64,000 nt of DNA. Source: a virus. The stretch lies in IMG/VR virus record IMGVR_UViG_3300028610_001991; one strand, written 5' to 3'. Of this stretch, positions 27,839-38,194 are shown one piece after another; position 1 is the first letter of the stretch; each line of letters opens with the position of its first letter. Made by a program: the position numbers and the translations under genes. The notes below the pieces were generated by a model. The model was not told the origin of the DNA. It saw only the letters and a list, made by a program, of their open reading frames with translations, and did not search any database.

Positions 27839-29330
27839 GTCGCCTCTTTAATATATCCATTAATCTATTTAGTTCAGGGTACCTAGATTTAATAAAATTA
27901 CCATTTCTAATCATCATATTAATTTCTTTAATAATGGCTCTTGCTGTTTTCTCGTTTTTGATTTCTTTGATAACTTCAGTTAATTTTTGACGAGAATTGA
28001 TAGCTTCTTGTATATGGGGTAGTAATTCTTCATCCATTTGGTATGTACATCCGTCACCTAATTTATAAACTGCTATCTTTTGTCCTACTCCTAGTTTAAT
28101 TTGTGAAACTAAATTGGTGTTAGAAGCACTTGATATAAATCTTAATATTTTAGTAATTGCATGATGGGCACTTGCAAAATCTAATATAATAGCTTCTTCC
28201 TTACCTAACATAGCTCTCAAGGCACGACCTAGTCTTTGAAGAAATGTGGCAAAATTACTAACTGGTGTCAAAAATAGAATACCACCGACTGCTGGGGCAT
28301 TGTAGCCTTCTGATACTATATTAAGGTTTACTAAAACTCTGATCTCTCCTTTTTCTAATCTTCGTACAGCTTCTTCATTATGACTGTCCGAGTACTCAGA
28401 TAAGATAACTTCTGCTGGAATACCTGCTTCATTTAATCTATTAGTAATATACTTGGCGTATTTTGTATTACCTGCAAATGCTATAGCTGAGGATCCTTCT
28501 GGAAAATACTTATTAACATTATTTAAAATAGCCTGAACACGTTCTTCTATAAAAAGGGTTTTATCTCTATCTTTCTTTTTGTACTTTTTCTTCTCAATAT
28601 ACATCTCGTCTTCAAGTAGCGAGTCTGTGTTATCGTGACATTGGATAAATCTATAATTAGATACCCATCCCGCCTTTATAGCTTCTCCAAGTGTAACATT
28701 GATTAAAGCTTTATTATTAAACAAACTGGTAACAGATTTATTATCCGCTCTGTCAGCTGTTGCAGTCATTCCTAATTTAAAACTATCAAAATAAGATAAA
28801 ATGTTAAGCCATGTGTCCGCTACTGAATGGTGGGCCTCATCTGCAATTACTAATTCAAATTCGTCTTTCTTAAATCCGTGTTTATATCTATATAGGGTGG
28901 GTACCATAGCAATAGTGACAGATTCATTGAATCTATAGTATGTGCCACTTCTCATAACAGAACTCTCTATACCTAAGATAAAGAATAGTTCTTCCCAAAG
29001 TGAGTACATTATAGATTTACGATGTGTCAGTATAAGTGTTTTATGTGATTTATTTTGTTTTAATAACCATTGGATGACCATTGCGGCTATTCGTGTTTTA
29101 CCAAAGCCAGTGGCTCCTAAGATAAGAGCACCATGCCCTATTAGTCCTTTATGTTGTTTATTTCTTTTCTTATAATAAGTCTTATATTCTTTAGTAAACC
29201 CTGTTAGTGCCTTCTTTTGTTTAGTGTAAGGCGGTGGCACAACTCCTTGTTTTTTGTAATAATCTAAAGCTTGCTCTTTTAAAGCATCTTTTTGTCTTTG
29301 ATTTGCTTCTTTCCATGTTTTTTGTTTCAT
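27825..29330 (-). CDS. superfamily-2 DEAH helicase (ResIII/RadD-IRC3-like)
   Basis: GATGFGKT, ADEAHH, GMTATADRAD, SEGYNAP, LQRLGRALR. Confidence 0.92.
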   Translation of the reverse strand: MKQKTWKEANQRQKDALKEQALDYYKKQGVVPPPYTKQKKALTGFTKEYKTYYKKRNKQHKGLIGHGALILGATGFGKTRIAAMVIQWLLKQNKSHKTLILTHRKSIMYSLWEELFFILGIESSVMRSGTYYRFNESVTIAMVPTLYRYKHGFKKDEFELVIADEAHHSVADTWLNILSYFDSFKLGMTATADRADNKSVTSLFNNKALINVTLGEAIKAGWVSNYRFIQCHDNTDSLLEDEMYIEKKKYKKKDRDKTLFIEERVQAILNNVNKYFPEGSSAIAFAGNTKYAKYITNRLNEAGIPAEVILSEYSDSHNEEAVRRLEKGEIRVLVNLNIVSEGYNAPAVGGILFLTPVSNFATFLQRLGRALRAMLGKEEAIILDFASAHHAITKILRFISSASNTNLVSQIKLGVGQKIAVYKLGDGCTYQMDEELLPHIQEAINSRQKLTEVIKEIKNEKTARAIIKEINMMIRNGNFIKSRYPELNRLMDILKRRHATV

Positions 29331-29343
29331 ACTATTTCTCCTT

Positions 29344-29562
29344 TTAGTTTATTTGTGCCTGCATCTTTTCAGCTGTGTTCTTAAATAACGTTATACCGTC
29401 TCCTCGTGGTACGTTGGTTACCCAATGACACTCAGCATAGTCCTGTGGCAGTGTAAAAGCTATTGCCATGGCCGGTCTTTCTTTCAGTTTAAAATGCTCA
29501 GTTATCACTTGTTCTAATTTTTTAGATAATAGAGTCAAATCTCCGGTATTAGATATACTCAT
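29344..29562 (-). CDS. hypothetical protein
   Basis: GAGGAGAGA RBS plus ATG. Confidence 0.55.
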   Translation of the reverse strand: MSISNTGDLTLLSKKLEQVITEHFKLKERPAMAIAFTLPQDYAECHWVTNVPRGDGITLFKNTAEKMQAQIN

Positions 29563-29571
29563 CTTCTCTCC

Positions 29572-29748
29572 TCAGAACCCTACATAATTTTCTAAACAGA
29601 AATCAATCATTTGTCTCACTAGTTTTGCCTTAGACAAGCTATACTTCTTTGCAATTATACTCAGTTTTTTCTCCGTTGCACGAGAAATATAAATCGTCTG
29701 AATAAACTTATCTTTTTCTTTACTTAGTTTATGCGGTTTAAATTTCAT
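29572..29748 (-). CDS. 58-aa RHH/CopG-like DNA-binding protein (not in ORF track)
   Basis: MKFKPHKLSKEKDKFIQTIYISRATEKKLSIIAKKYSLSKAKLVRQMIDFCLENYVGF; ATGA overlap with the upstream gene. Confidence 0.65.
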   Translation of the reverse strand: MKFKPHKLSKEKDKFIQTIYISRATEKKLSIIAKKYSLSKAKLVRQMIDFCLENYVGF

Positions 29749-30668
29749 TCTCCAAACCCCTCGCTTATTTTGCTAAGTTTCTTTTTATCCTTCTCTTCTT
29801 TTTTAATTTGTTCATTAAATCTATCTTCATTCATTACAGATAATACTTCATCATCAATGAGCTGGTGTAGTATACTTGGATTAAGAGCGTCAACTTCCCA
29901 GGAGGTATTTCCGTATTTATTAACATAATCCTTAGCTCTGGGATCAGATAGTTTTGCAGGATTTGGTGGTGGGTTATATTGTTGGATCTGGTCCCAGGTT
30001 AAACCTATATGTTTTATTGTAAAAGCAGGATCTGACCATTTTACTATATCTTTTTTAAGTATGTAGGGGTCAAAATAGGTTAACCCAAAATCTTTTAATC
30101 TATCTCTAATATCTCTAACCATGTCAAGTCCGGAGGGATCGTGATCTCCAAGATAAAATATAATAGAAGGTTTACAGGCATTTTCAATACGTTTATAAGC
30201 ATCATACATAGCTGTGACAGAGCTATACCCTCTATTAACCATAAGATTAATATGATAGTATGAAGTTTTGCGCTGTAACACACCGCTGAGGGCATCTTTT
30301 TCCACCCACAATTCTATGTAGTAGTCTTGGTCTTTTTGTCTGTTAAGTCGGTATGTTTGAACTGTATCATTAAGTGCATCAGGAATATCATATACCCAAT
30401 AAGGAAGTTTTGGCACACGGATCCGATCCTCTATAGCTCCCCAATCAACTACACCGGCCATGCGCCCCTTCTTTAAAAGATTGCTCAACTTGGCGTATTC
30501 TTTTACATTGTTTGGGATAACATCTCTAGATACCAGTTGGTAATAAAGCTGCCGTAATGTGAGCTTGTATCCCTGTTCCTGGTAATCTTCTATAATCTCG
30601 TTAACAGTTTCAAGTTGAGCTTTATTAGCTTTATTAAGTCTTAGTTTTGTGTCGAATGTTTGTTTCAT
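29745..30668 (-). CDS. wHTH-TOPRIM protein (Topo VI-A/Spo11/JetD-like)
   Basis: LTLRQLYYQLV, IELWVEKDAL, NRGYSS, YLGDHDPSG (DxD), EVDAL. Confidence 0.8.
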   Translation of the reverse strand: MKQTFDTKLRLNKANKAQLETVNEIIEDYQEQGYKLTLRQLYYQLVSRDVIPNNVKEYAKLSNLLKKGRMAGVVDWGAIEDRIRVPKLPYWVYDIPDALNDTVQTYRLNRQKDQDYYIELWVEKDALSGVLQRKTSYYHINLMVNRGYSSVTAMYDAYKRIENACKPSIIFYLGDHDPSGLDMVRDIRDRLKDFGLTYFDPYILKKDIVKWSDPAFTIKHIGLTWDQIQQYNPPPNPAKLSDPRAKDYVNKYGNTSWEVDALNPSILHQLIDDEVLSVMNEDRFNEQIKKEEKDKKKLSKISEGFGE

Positions 30669-31749
30669 TAATCACCTCCCGGAAATATGGTAAACATTTG
30701 ATGCATGCAGCTACATAATGTTGGCATAAATGTTCTAGCCAGATGAAATAGTTATTTTGTGTTATTTTACCACATATATGACATTCTTGTTTATCGCATG
30801 TATTGTGTTCTACAAGTATATTCATAACTTATGCTCCTCTCTTGAGTGCCTCTTGTTCTTTGTTATCTTTATCGTTCAAAAACATTATAGAGCCGCTCAT
30901 CTCTATATCTATTGAATGATTGTATTTATTAAAGTGCTGAGCTGCTAAGCCAACTGCATTTCTACTATCAACATCAAAGTCACAGTACCTGCATTTAGCG
31001 TGGTAAAACTTAGATAACCATTTATGCCGTTTATATTTCATAGTCCCTTGTTTCACCATAATTCCCCTGTCATAGTATAATCCCTATACTCCTTGTCACA
31101 TTTATCAGAGCATAGGTACTCATGATCATAACAAATACCACCACAGTTAGGGCATTTACCGGTGAGTTCCCCTCTAGCCTCATCAGCCGGTACGTAAGCA
31201 GATATAATACATAAACAAAATTGAAGTACAGTAGGGTCTACAATACTACTGTCCCAGGGATCAGTAAGCCACCAGTGAGGATATTTGTTCTCGATCTCCC
31301 ACCTATCTATTGTATGGACAAGGCCGCGTACACGCTGCAGTTCTGGAAATACTTTTTTCATTTCTAGTGTAGCTTCAGCACATGTTCTTAGTACATGGTT
31401 AGGGTCTTCACTAATATTCTTTTCGATCCAATCCTGATATTCTTTTACACGGGCACTGTGCTGTAAAGCTTTGGTTATATTATCTATCATTTATTACTTC
31501 CTCCAATTTAACCTGAATTGCATTCCGGTATTCATTTAATAAATCAAACTTTTCTCTTGTTTCCTCAAACCACGTATCCGGAGGATGTTCTATTTCATCT
31601 TTATCAAAATACTCTGAAAGTATCTCATTAAGGGATGAGTCCAGGGAATCAAAGATTCTCCTTTTGTTCTTTTTAGATATTCTCACTTTATATATCTCCA
31701 GGAATAAGCACATGTAGCGTATAGTACATATCTTCGTAAGTACGTACAT
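30634..31749 (-). other. four small hypothetical ORFs, several Cys-rich (30634-30825, 30829-31059, 31053-31490, 31480-31749)
   Basis: Packed minus-strand ORFs. Confidence 0.5.
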
Positions 31750-32191
31750 ATAAATCTCTTCTATCTAATAATCTAATACGATTACTTTCAGAGTATAATC
31801 TATGATGTAAATAAGCTTGTGCTATTTCTACTACTTTAACATAAGTTAAATTATCATCTGACACATAAAGTTCAGCTATAGACTGTGGAGTAATATTACT
31901 GTTTGAAAATACTACAGTGTGAAAGCTGAAATAATTAAAATAGTTAGATGGTGTTATATACCCTGTCATTACCAAATACTCAAATGGTAAATTATTAGTA
32001 AAATAATAGTTAGAAATATAAGTGATGGTATTGGTGTAGTAGTTTTCTACAGTATTTGAGTAGTAGTGGTGGTGCTCTATAGTGTTGGTGTAGTACTTAT
32101 TTACTACCTGTGGTTCCAATGGTTCCATAGGATTGTTAGTGCAGCACACAAACAAGAGTAGTGATACTAATAATATAATTAACTTTTTCAT
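31688..32191 (-). CDS. putative lipoprotein with Y/T/N-rich repeats
   Basis: MKKLIILLVSLLLFVCC signal; YYTNTI, YYSNTV, YYTNTI, YFTNN. Confidence 0.6.
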   Translation of the reverse strand: MKKLIILLVSLLLFVCCTNNPMEPLEPQVVNKYYTNTIEHHHYYSNTVENYYTNTITYISNYYFTNNLPFEYLVMTGYITPSNYFNYFSFHTVVFSNSNITPQSIAELYVSDDNLTYVKVVEIAQAYLHHRLYSESNRIRLLDRRDLYVRTYEDMYYTLHVLIPGDI

Positions 32192-32676
32192 AATTCCTCC
32201 TTCCAGTCCTCTGGATACAATATAAACATTTCTTCTCCTTCTTCTTTTCTAAGAAAAACCCGATTAATACCTGCATTGATTATAAATCTTTTGCATAGTA
32301 TACATACCTGAGTATGGCCGTAAATATACAAATCTCCATCGGTACAGTTAACCTCCCCTGCCTGTATAATAGCATTTTGTTCTCCATGTACAGACCTACA
32401 GCTTTCGTATCTAGTTCCGGAAGGGATATTGTTCTTTATACGGTAACATCCTTTATACTTTTCATCGCAAGGCTTACAGCCTGCAGGTGTATTGTTATAG
32501 CCAGTCCCTTTTATTTTTTTATGTGAATTTACAATAACCGCACCTACATGAGCACGAAGACAGTCAGAACGTAAAGAAGCAGTTCTAGCTATTTCCATGA
32601 AGTACTCATCCCAGGATAGTCTATTCATAAGATTTATCCTTAAAAACAGGATCAAAAACACCCATATCAAAATCAT
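32188..32676 (-). CDS. dCMP deaminase (ComEB-like)
   Basis: SWDEYFM, RSDCLRAHVGAVIV, GTGYN, HGEQNAI, CILCKRFIINAGI. Confidence 0.92.
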   Translation of the reverse strand: MILIWVFLILFLRINLMNRLSWDEYFMEIARTASLRSDCLRAHVGAVIVNSHKKIKGTGYNNTPAGCKPCDEKYKGCYRIKNNIPSGTRYESCRSVHGEQNAIIQAGEVNCTDGDLYIYGHTQVCILCKRFIINAGINRVFLRKEEGEEMFILYPEDWKEEL

Positions 32677-32908
32677 GTATTAACTGTGTAACATTGTAAA
32701 ATATGTACCCCGATACTTCTTTACAAAAACCTATTTCTTTAAGAAACACCTCCTTTCCTTCTGAAGGAAAACTAGCATTATTTCCGTTTTCAAATATAAC
32801 AGAATTACCTGGATACCCTAAATCATATTCATCATAACAAACACCAATGGTGCCTGCTTTGTTGTCTAAGGTACCTATTCCTAGTTTAACAACGGCCCCT
32901 GTCTTCAT
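32621..32908 (-). CDS. hypothetical protein
   Basis: ORF in operon. Confidence 0.5.
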   Translation of the reverse strand: MKTGAVVKLGIGTLDNKAGTIGVCYDEYDLGYPGNSVIFENGNNASFPSEGKEVFLKEIGFCKEVSGYIFYNVTQLIHDFDMGVFDPVFKDKSYE

Positions 32909-33713
32909 TTATTTCCCTTCTCAAAGTACTCTAAGAACTTAATCATAAGGTTAGACGCTTGAGTATCATACAAGTCTTGTGCTTTTAAAAACTCCATAGC
33001 TATTTTTTCCTGTTCAACTTGGAGTGGTAGTTTTCCTGTATTACTTATGCTCGTTTTCCACTGTTTAGAAAAAGACCACGCTACCGGTTTATCGTGTGTG
33101 CGTATATAAGCTTCCAGACCATCATGTAACCCTTTTGAATAGCTAAGTACTACAGTGTTAACGTATCCTATTGGTAAATAGGCTTTTTGTTTAATTTCTG
33201 TTATTATCCAAATGAATAAAGCTATTATTGCTAAGGTGCAGATTACTGCTGTTACTCTAATAACTTTATGGCTTATCTTTATAGTATTCATTTTATCTCC
33301 TTATAATGGTTTATACACTTTAACATATAGTTAGATGCAATAGGGGTCGATAGTCCTTGTTTATCAAGAAATTCCATAGCTATTTTTTCCTGGTCTAACT
33401 GTAGTATTGACGTTTGTATGTTGTCTGTTCGTACTACCCATCGTGACCATTGCGTAGGCGTGCCTCTATACCTAAATGTTCTTGTATATGCTTCAAACCC
33501 ATCATGAATCCCCAGGGAGTAACCAGTTATCATAGCCATCGATTTAACACTTACAAATTTTAAGTGTTCTATCTTTCTGTTGCATTCTTTTATTTCCTTG
33601 TTTTTACTCATTCTGCCTAACGTTATCCCTAGTATCACACAAAGACTTATTATAATAGTGGTGTAAGTTGTTTCTACTATTGTTTTTTTGTTCATATATC
33701 CTCCAATAAACAC
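32905..33713 (-). other. tandem pair of paralogous single-TM proteins (32905-33291, 33288-~33692)
   Basis: Shared YSxGxHDGxEAYxRT and QEKIAMEFL. Confidence 0.65.
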
Positions 33714-33930
33714 AGGCGATTATAATCAAAATATTTATACTCCCACCCTGGTCCATATTTTTTAAGCTTCTCGTGGATATGATCTTTCTTAATTTCATTA
33801 GTAAGTATTTTATCCTCTATACTATCGGGGCCTATTGTAGCATGAGAAACCCTACCAATAAAATAAAGATAAAAAAGTATAGAGGTAATACACACTATTA
33901 TCACTAATAAGTTTTTCACGTAGTCCTCCT

Positions 33931-34215
33931 TTAAAATTGGTTTATTTTTTTATTAATTTCTTCTTTTGATAGCTTAGGTACCTCTTCTGTTGTCTCTATA
34001 TCAGTTTTAGGTGAATTAGGTGTATTAGGTTTTTCTGACTGAAAACGTCCGGGTTTAATACCTTGCGCATTTGAAGAAAAGATATTTTCGATATAACTAT
34101 CAAACTGGATTGCTTTCCGAATAGCTTCTTTTATTTTATATGTCTTATTAACGGAACCAATATGTTTGATAATATCTTTATCTCTAACAGCATGAAAAGC
34201 GATTGTAAGTCTCAT
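33931..34215 (-). CDS. ParR-like/RHH DNA-binding protein with C-terminal tail
   Basis: RLTIAFHAVRDKDIIKHI...KIKEAIR, then a low-complexity linker and terminal helix. Confidence 0.45.
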   Translation of the reverse strand: MRLTIAFHAVRDKDIIKHIGSVNKTYKIKEAIRKAIQFDSYIENIFSSNAQGIKPGRFQSEKPNTPNSPKTDIETTEEVPKLSKEEINKKINQF

Positions 34216-34559
34216 TACTTTTTAAGTATTTCCCCATTCAACGAAACATTATTAATATTATTTCGTTGAAAAATATCTTTAATTCTGCTTTGCTCAACTT
34301 TACATTTGGCTGCTAGTCTTAAGTCTCCTGCTTCCTCCGCTTTTTCTTTTAAGGTATGTACCTCCCTACAGTAATTAGCTATTCTAAGGGAGTCTCTGTC
34401 CGTAAAATAATCTAGTATTTTATGCATTTGTGTTTCTGCTTGCGCATACATTTTTTTAGTTAATTTCCCAATACCCGGGATTTCCTCAAATAACCAATGT
34501 ATGAGCGAGATTACTTTAAGGATAAGTAAACTAATATAAACTAATACAATCCGATACAT
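34215..34559 (-). CDS. hypothetical protein
   Basis: ORF in operon. Confidence 0.45.
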   Translation of the reverse strand: MYRIVLVYISLLILKVISLIHWLFEEIPGIGKLTKKMYAQAETQMHKILDYFTDRDSLRIANYCREVHTLKEKAEEAGDLRLAAKCKVEQSRIKDIFQRNNINNVSLNGEILKK

Positions 34560-35193
34560 TTAATACCTCCATGTTGTTAATTAATACTCTTCTGAGCTTA
34601 CCGTAGAAATTGTGTATAGCCTCTTTACTACAGCTAAACTCTTTACTTAGTTCTGCTTGTGTGACAGCAGGGTTATTTTTTAAGACAGCTAGTGTCTTCT
34701 TAATCTTTATTTTCTGGTTTTTCCACCTCCTCTGATCAGTTATCAATATGTTCTCTAAAGTAGTTAGTATATAAGATAATTCAATTTTATTAAAAAACTT
34801 CACAAACAAATAGTTTGATCCAAAATAAGTATCAATGGTATTATTGAGCTCAGCAGGGTCTCTGTATTCAACATAATTTTTATCATTATGTAACTCCCTC
34901 AACTGGTCTCTACACTCACAGTAAGCTTTAACCTTTATACATCTTTTTATAAAATTGTATATCTCTTTGTTACTTTTCTGTGTATCCACTAGTTTTGTTA
35001 TAATAGATACAAAGTATTCAGAAACACTAGAAATAATAACGTGCCTATCCACATTAAAGGTATTATACTGCAGGCAGGCATAGTCAGCGTAATAGTTAAT
35101 AGAAGAGTAAAAGGCAGAGAATAATTTAGAGAAATACATCTCTTTTTTACTGCTCCTATAGTTATTTATAAGTTGTTTTAAATTGTGATACAC
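34531..35193 (-). CDS. sigma-70-like factor / C-terminal HTH transcription factor
   Basis: Region-2-like helices at the N-terminus; HTH NPAVTQAELSKEFSCSKEAIHNFYGKLRR; about 220 aa. Confidence 0.45.
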   Translation of the reverse strand: MYHNLKQLINNYRSSKKEMYFSKLFSAFYSSINYYADYACLQYNTFNVDRHVIISSVSEYFVSIITKLVDTQKSNKEIYNFIKRCIKVKAYCECRDQLRELHNDKNYVEYRDPAELNNTIDTYFGSNYLFVKFFNKIELSYILTTLENILITDQRRWKNQKIKIKKTLAVLKNNPAVTQAELSKEFSCSKEAIHNFYGKLRRVLINNMEVLNVSDCISLY

Positions 35194-35209
35194 ACCTTTC
35201 CTCCCCCTA

Positions 35210-36541
35210 TTAATCTAATGCTACTACAGAACTCTCCATATCTTCATCAGATACGAAACCTTTCTTTTTCAAATACTCCACGCCCCTGGGAGTAATCTGT
35301 CTTCCTGTCTTTAATCTATGTATATAACCAAGTCTATATAGTTCAGGCTCAACGATCTTCTCTATATGTCGTGGATCCTCATACGTAAATTGCGCCATAC
35401 TGTTAAGGCCGACTGTTTGTGGGTATATACTAAAGAGATGCTTAAGAATCTTTATATCTGTTTTAGTATACAGTCCATTTTCATCTAAGTCAAGTACATC
35501 AAAAGCTTCCTCTGTAATACCTATATCAATCTCTTTTTTATTATTCTTTATAGCCACCTCTCTAATTGTCGTAGAACATAAGTTAATGGCTATCCTCGGC
35601 ACCCCTTTTGACCTTCGGGCTACTTCCAGCGCAGCTTCATCCGTTATGCTTTCAACAAAGTCTAGTTTAGATATACAGAACTTCACTACCTCCTTTAATT
35701 CTGAAATGGTATAGAGATCAAGAACAAGCTTGTACAAAAATCTATCGTAAACTGGATTAAGTAGACCCCCAGGGTCAGTAGTAGCTCCAATAATCGTAAT
35801 TGGAGTAAATCCAAACCTCTGAGAGTGGTTTCCTTGTTTTACAGTTATAGTTCGGTCCTCTAGGCATGTTAGCAAATTATTTTGAGCTCTTGGCGCTATG
35901 GTGTGGATTTCGTCTATGAATAAAATATTTACGCTATTACGTTTGGAGCATCTTCTTACTAGGTCTAATACATCCGTATCTTTTTGAATATTGTTACCGA
36001 TGGTAGAAATTACATCTACACCAAGCTCATTAGCAATGATCTGAACTAAGGTTGTCTTACCTGTACCGGCCGGTCCGTTAATAAGGATATGCCCTAAAGG
36101 CTGATTTCTGGCTTTAACTGAGTCTATTGCTATCCTGATCTTCTTAATCGAGTCAACCTGGCCAATAAAGTCATCAAATGTTAGGGGCCTTAACTCATTT
36201 ACTGGCTCTAGATTTTCTATTGTTTTTACCGTTCTTTTAGCTTCTCTTTCAGCTTTTTCCTTTTTGCCTTTTTCTCCATACTCAGTATTTTCTTTTCTTC
36301 TTTTGTCCATACAGCCTTTGCACACACTACCCCATCGGTTACGCTTATAAGTATTTAGTAAAGGGGCCATTATTACATCGTCATCTGATACTTCTCTACC
36401 ACATTCTTGACATTTTGTTGTATTTACTGTCACAGACGGGCCTTCTATTTTTGGATGAAGGAAAAGATCAGATGATACTTTTGATGCATCTTTATCGAAA
36501 CTATCACTAAAGGCATGCCCTGCAGTTTCGCCCATTTCCAT
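35210..36541 (-). CDS. ruvB: RuvB Holliday-junction branch-migration ATPase with ~110-aa Zn-finger N-terminal extension
   Basis: LRPLTFDDFIGQ, GPAGTGKTT, LFIDEIH, IGATT, YDRF, RSKGVPRIA, VEPEL...GRQIT; extension has CQEC and CKGC. Confidence 0.92.
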   Translation of the reverse strand: MEMGETAGHAFSDSFDKDASKVSSDLFLHPKIEGPSVTVNTTKCQECGREVSDDDVIMAPLLNTYKRNRWGSVCKGCMDKRRKENTEYGEKGKKEKAEREAKRTVKTIENLEPVNELRPLTFDDFIGQVDSIKKIRIAIDSVKARNQPLGHILINGPAGTGKTTLVQIIANELGVDVISTIGNNIQKDTDVLDLVRRCSKRNSVNILFIDEIHTIAPRAQNNLLTCLEDRTITVKQGNHSQRFGFTPITIIGATTDPGGLLNPVYDRFLYKLVLDLYTISELKEVVKFCISKLDFVESITDEAALEVARRSKGVPRIAINLCSTTIREVAIKNNKKEIDIGITEEAFDVLDLDENGLYTKTDIKILKHLFSIYPQTVGLNSMAQFTYEDPRHIEKIVEPELYRLGYIHRLKTGRQITPRGVEYLKKKGFVSDEDMESSVVALD

Positions 36542-36544
36542 GCG

Positions 36545-37549
36545 TTACCTCCTTATTATAGATTTTTTCTTAGATGTACTATAGTCTTGTTTACAGCTAT
36601 AACATTTCCCTTTATACTTTTCTCCTTTCTGATGTATAAGTTCAAATTCTGTTTCGCATTTTAAACAATTAGCCTTTATCTTTTTTGGTGTGTGGTCCAT
36701 TTCAAGTACAATTATAATTTCTTTGTTCAATGCTTCTTCTTTTTATAATAAACTTCAAACGGATTGAAAACTTGAAGTATATCACCGTTATCAAAACATA
36801 CTTCCCAGAAACGACCTTCACCGACTTCATTAATTGTTTTAACTGTTGTCTTTGGTTCAGTTACCCACTGGCTTTTACCTACTCTGGCTTCCATGTAGTC
36901 TTCACCCGGGCCGGCATAAGTGCCGGGAGTATAATTCCACCTGATATACTCTATTTCCATGTTACCTCCTAGGGTTTTTAATATTCTTTTTAGATAAATT
37001 CGGTAATAATTCTTTACAGTTGTTTTCACCTGAGTGCTGATTTACTCCTTTTTTTACCGCTACCTTCCACTCCATAATTGTTTTTTCTAATGCTGATTTA
37101 AAGCAGGGTAGTACCTTCTTTTTCCAGAAATCTGTTTCTAAAGGTTCAAATGGTGTGTCTTCTATACGCTCCTTACACTCATACAGACTACACGAAGAAG
37201 GTATAGGGTTGCTCATATAAGATATAAACTCAAATGATTTAAAATCAATGCGATTTATATGTATTGTTATAGCTGTACCACTCTTTTTGTCTAGTAGATG
37301 CCCTGTCATTAAGTGTGGTTGAACATAGTTCCATATAATCTTTTTAATTAAATGTTGCATAGCTTTTCCTATTAATGGTAGATTTGCCCTGTTAAGTCTG
37401 CTATATCAGAGGCAAGATCAGCAAATGCTTTTTCATCGTAAGCCAATGCATGTTTCTTGCTATCTACTTGTTTATTAGCAGCAAGCATACCCTCTCTGCG
37501 GGTAATTAATTCTTCTAACTGAATACGAATATCTAATAGTCTTTCTTCC
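36545..37549 (-). other. small hypothetical ORFs (36545-36730 Zn-ribbon, 36727-~36961, 36962-37360, ~37370-37549)
   Basis: Packed minus-strand ORFs. Confidence 0.5.
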
Positions 37550-37550
37550 A

Positions 37551-38150
37551 TTATAAACTTCCTCCTTCTTTAATAATCTGGGTTACTGCTTTTTCAAAAG
37601 GCATATCATACTTAGTGATGCGTTTATGTAAAGTTTGATATTTAATATTAAAATAAGTAGCCCACTCTTTTATGTTTTTTGTTACGCCCCTGTATGTTAT
37701 CATTTTTTTATTATGCGTCACCCCTCTACGTGTAAAGTTTAGTTTTGTAGTAAGTGCTTTTTCCACAGACCACCCTTCTTTTAGACGTTTAGATAAGGTA
37801 GCTACGTTAATATTATAATTTTCAGCCCATTCTGCTAAGCATAATGCTTTACCCTTATACTTAATAAATCTATTTTGTCTCGTATTTCGCTGTTGTTCTT
37901 TTGTGGTTGCCCATTTACAGTTTTTTTTACAATAAGACTTACTATTGTCTATACGATCTAATGTCATATTTTTAGGGCGTTCTCCCATATCTTTAAGAAA
38001 CATTATAAAAGAAGTCAACCAATGTGTACATACTGTAATACCTCTTCCCCCGTACCTATGGTAGTCTTTTCTTTTAGTGTCATTGCATCGCCGTTTCATA
38101 TTAATCCAAGTAAAGTACGTAGGTGTATTTCTGTAACCATGTTTTTCCAT
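37551..38150 (-). CDS. free-standing HNH homing endonuclease
   Basis: WINMKRRC, YGGRGITVC, FLKDMGERP, TLDRIDN, NCKWAT..EQQRN; repeated C-terminal HTH modules (LAEWAE, IKEWATY). Confidence 0.9.
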   Translation of the reverse strand: MEKHGYRNTPTYFTWINMKRRCNDTKRKDYHRYGGRGITVCTHWLTSFIMFLKDMGERPKNMTLDRIDNSKSYCKKNCKWATTKEQQRNTRQNRFIKYKGKALCLAEWAENYNINVATLSKRLKEGWSVEKALTTKLNFTRRGVTHNKKMITYRGVTKNIKEWATYFNIKYQTLHKRITKYDMPFEKAVTQIIKEGGSL

Positions 38151-38194
38151 AAGGGCCTCTTTAAAACTGTATAACTGTTATAAACATTATAACT

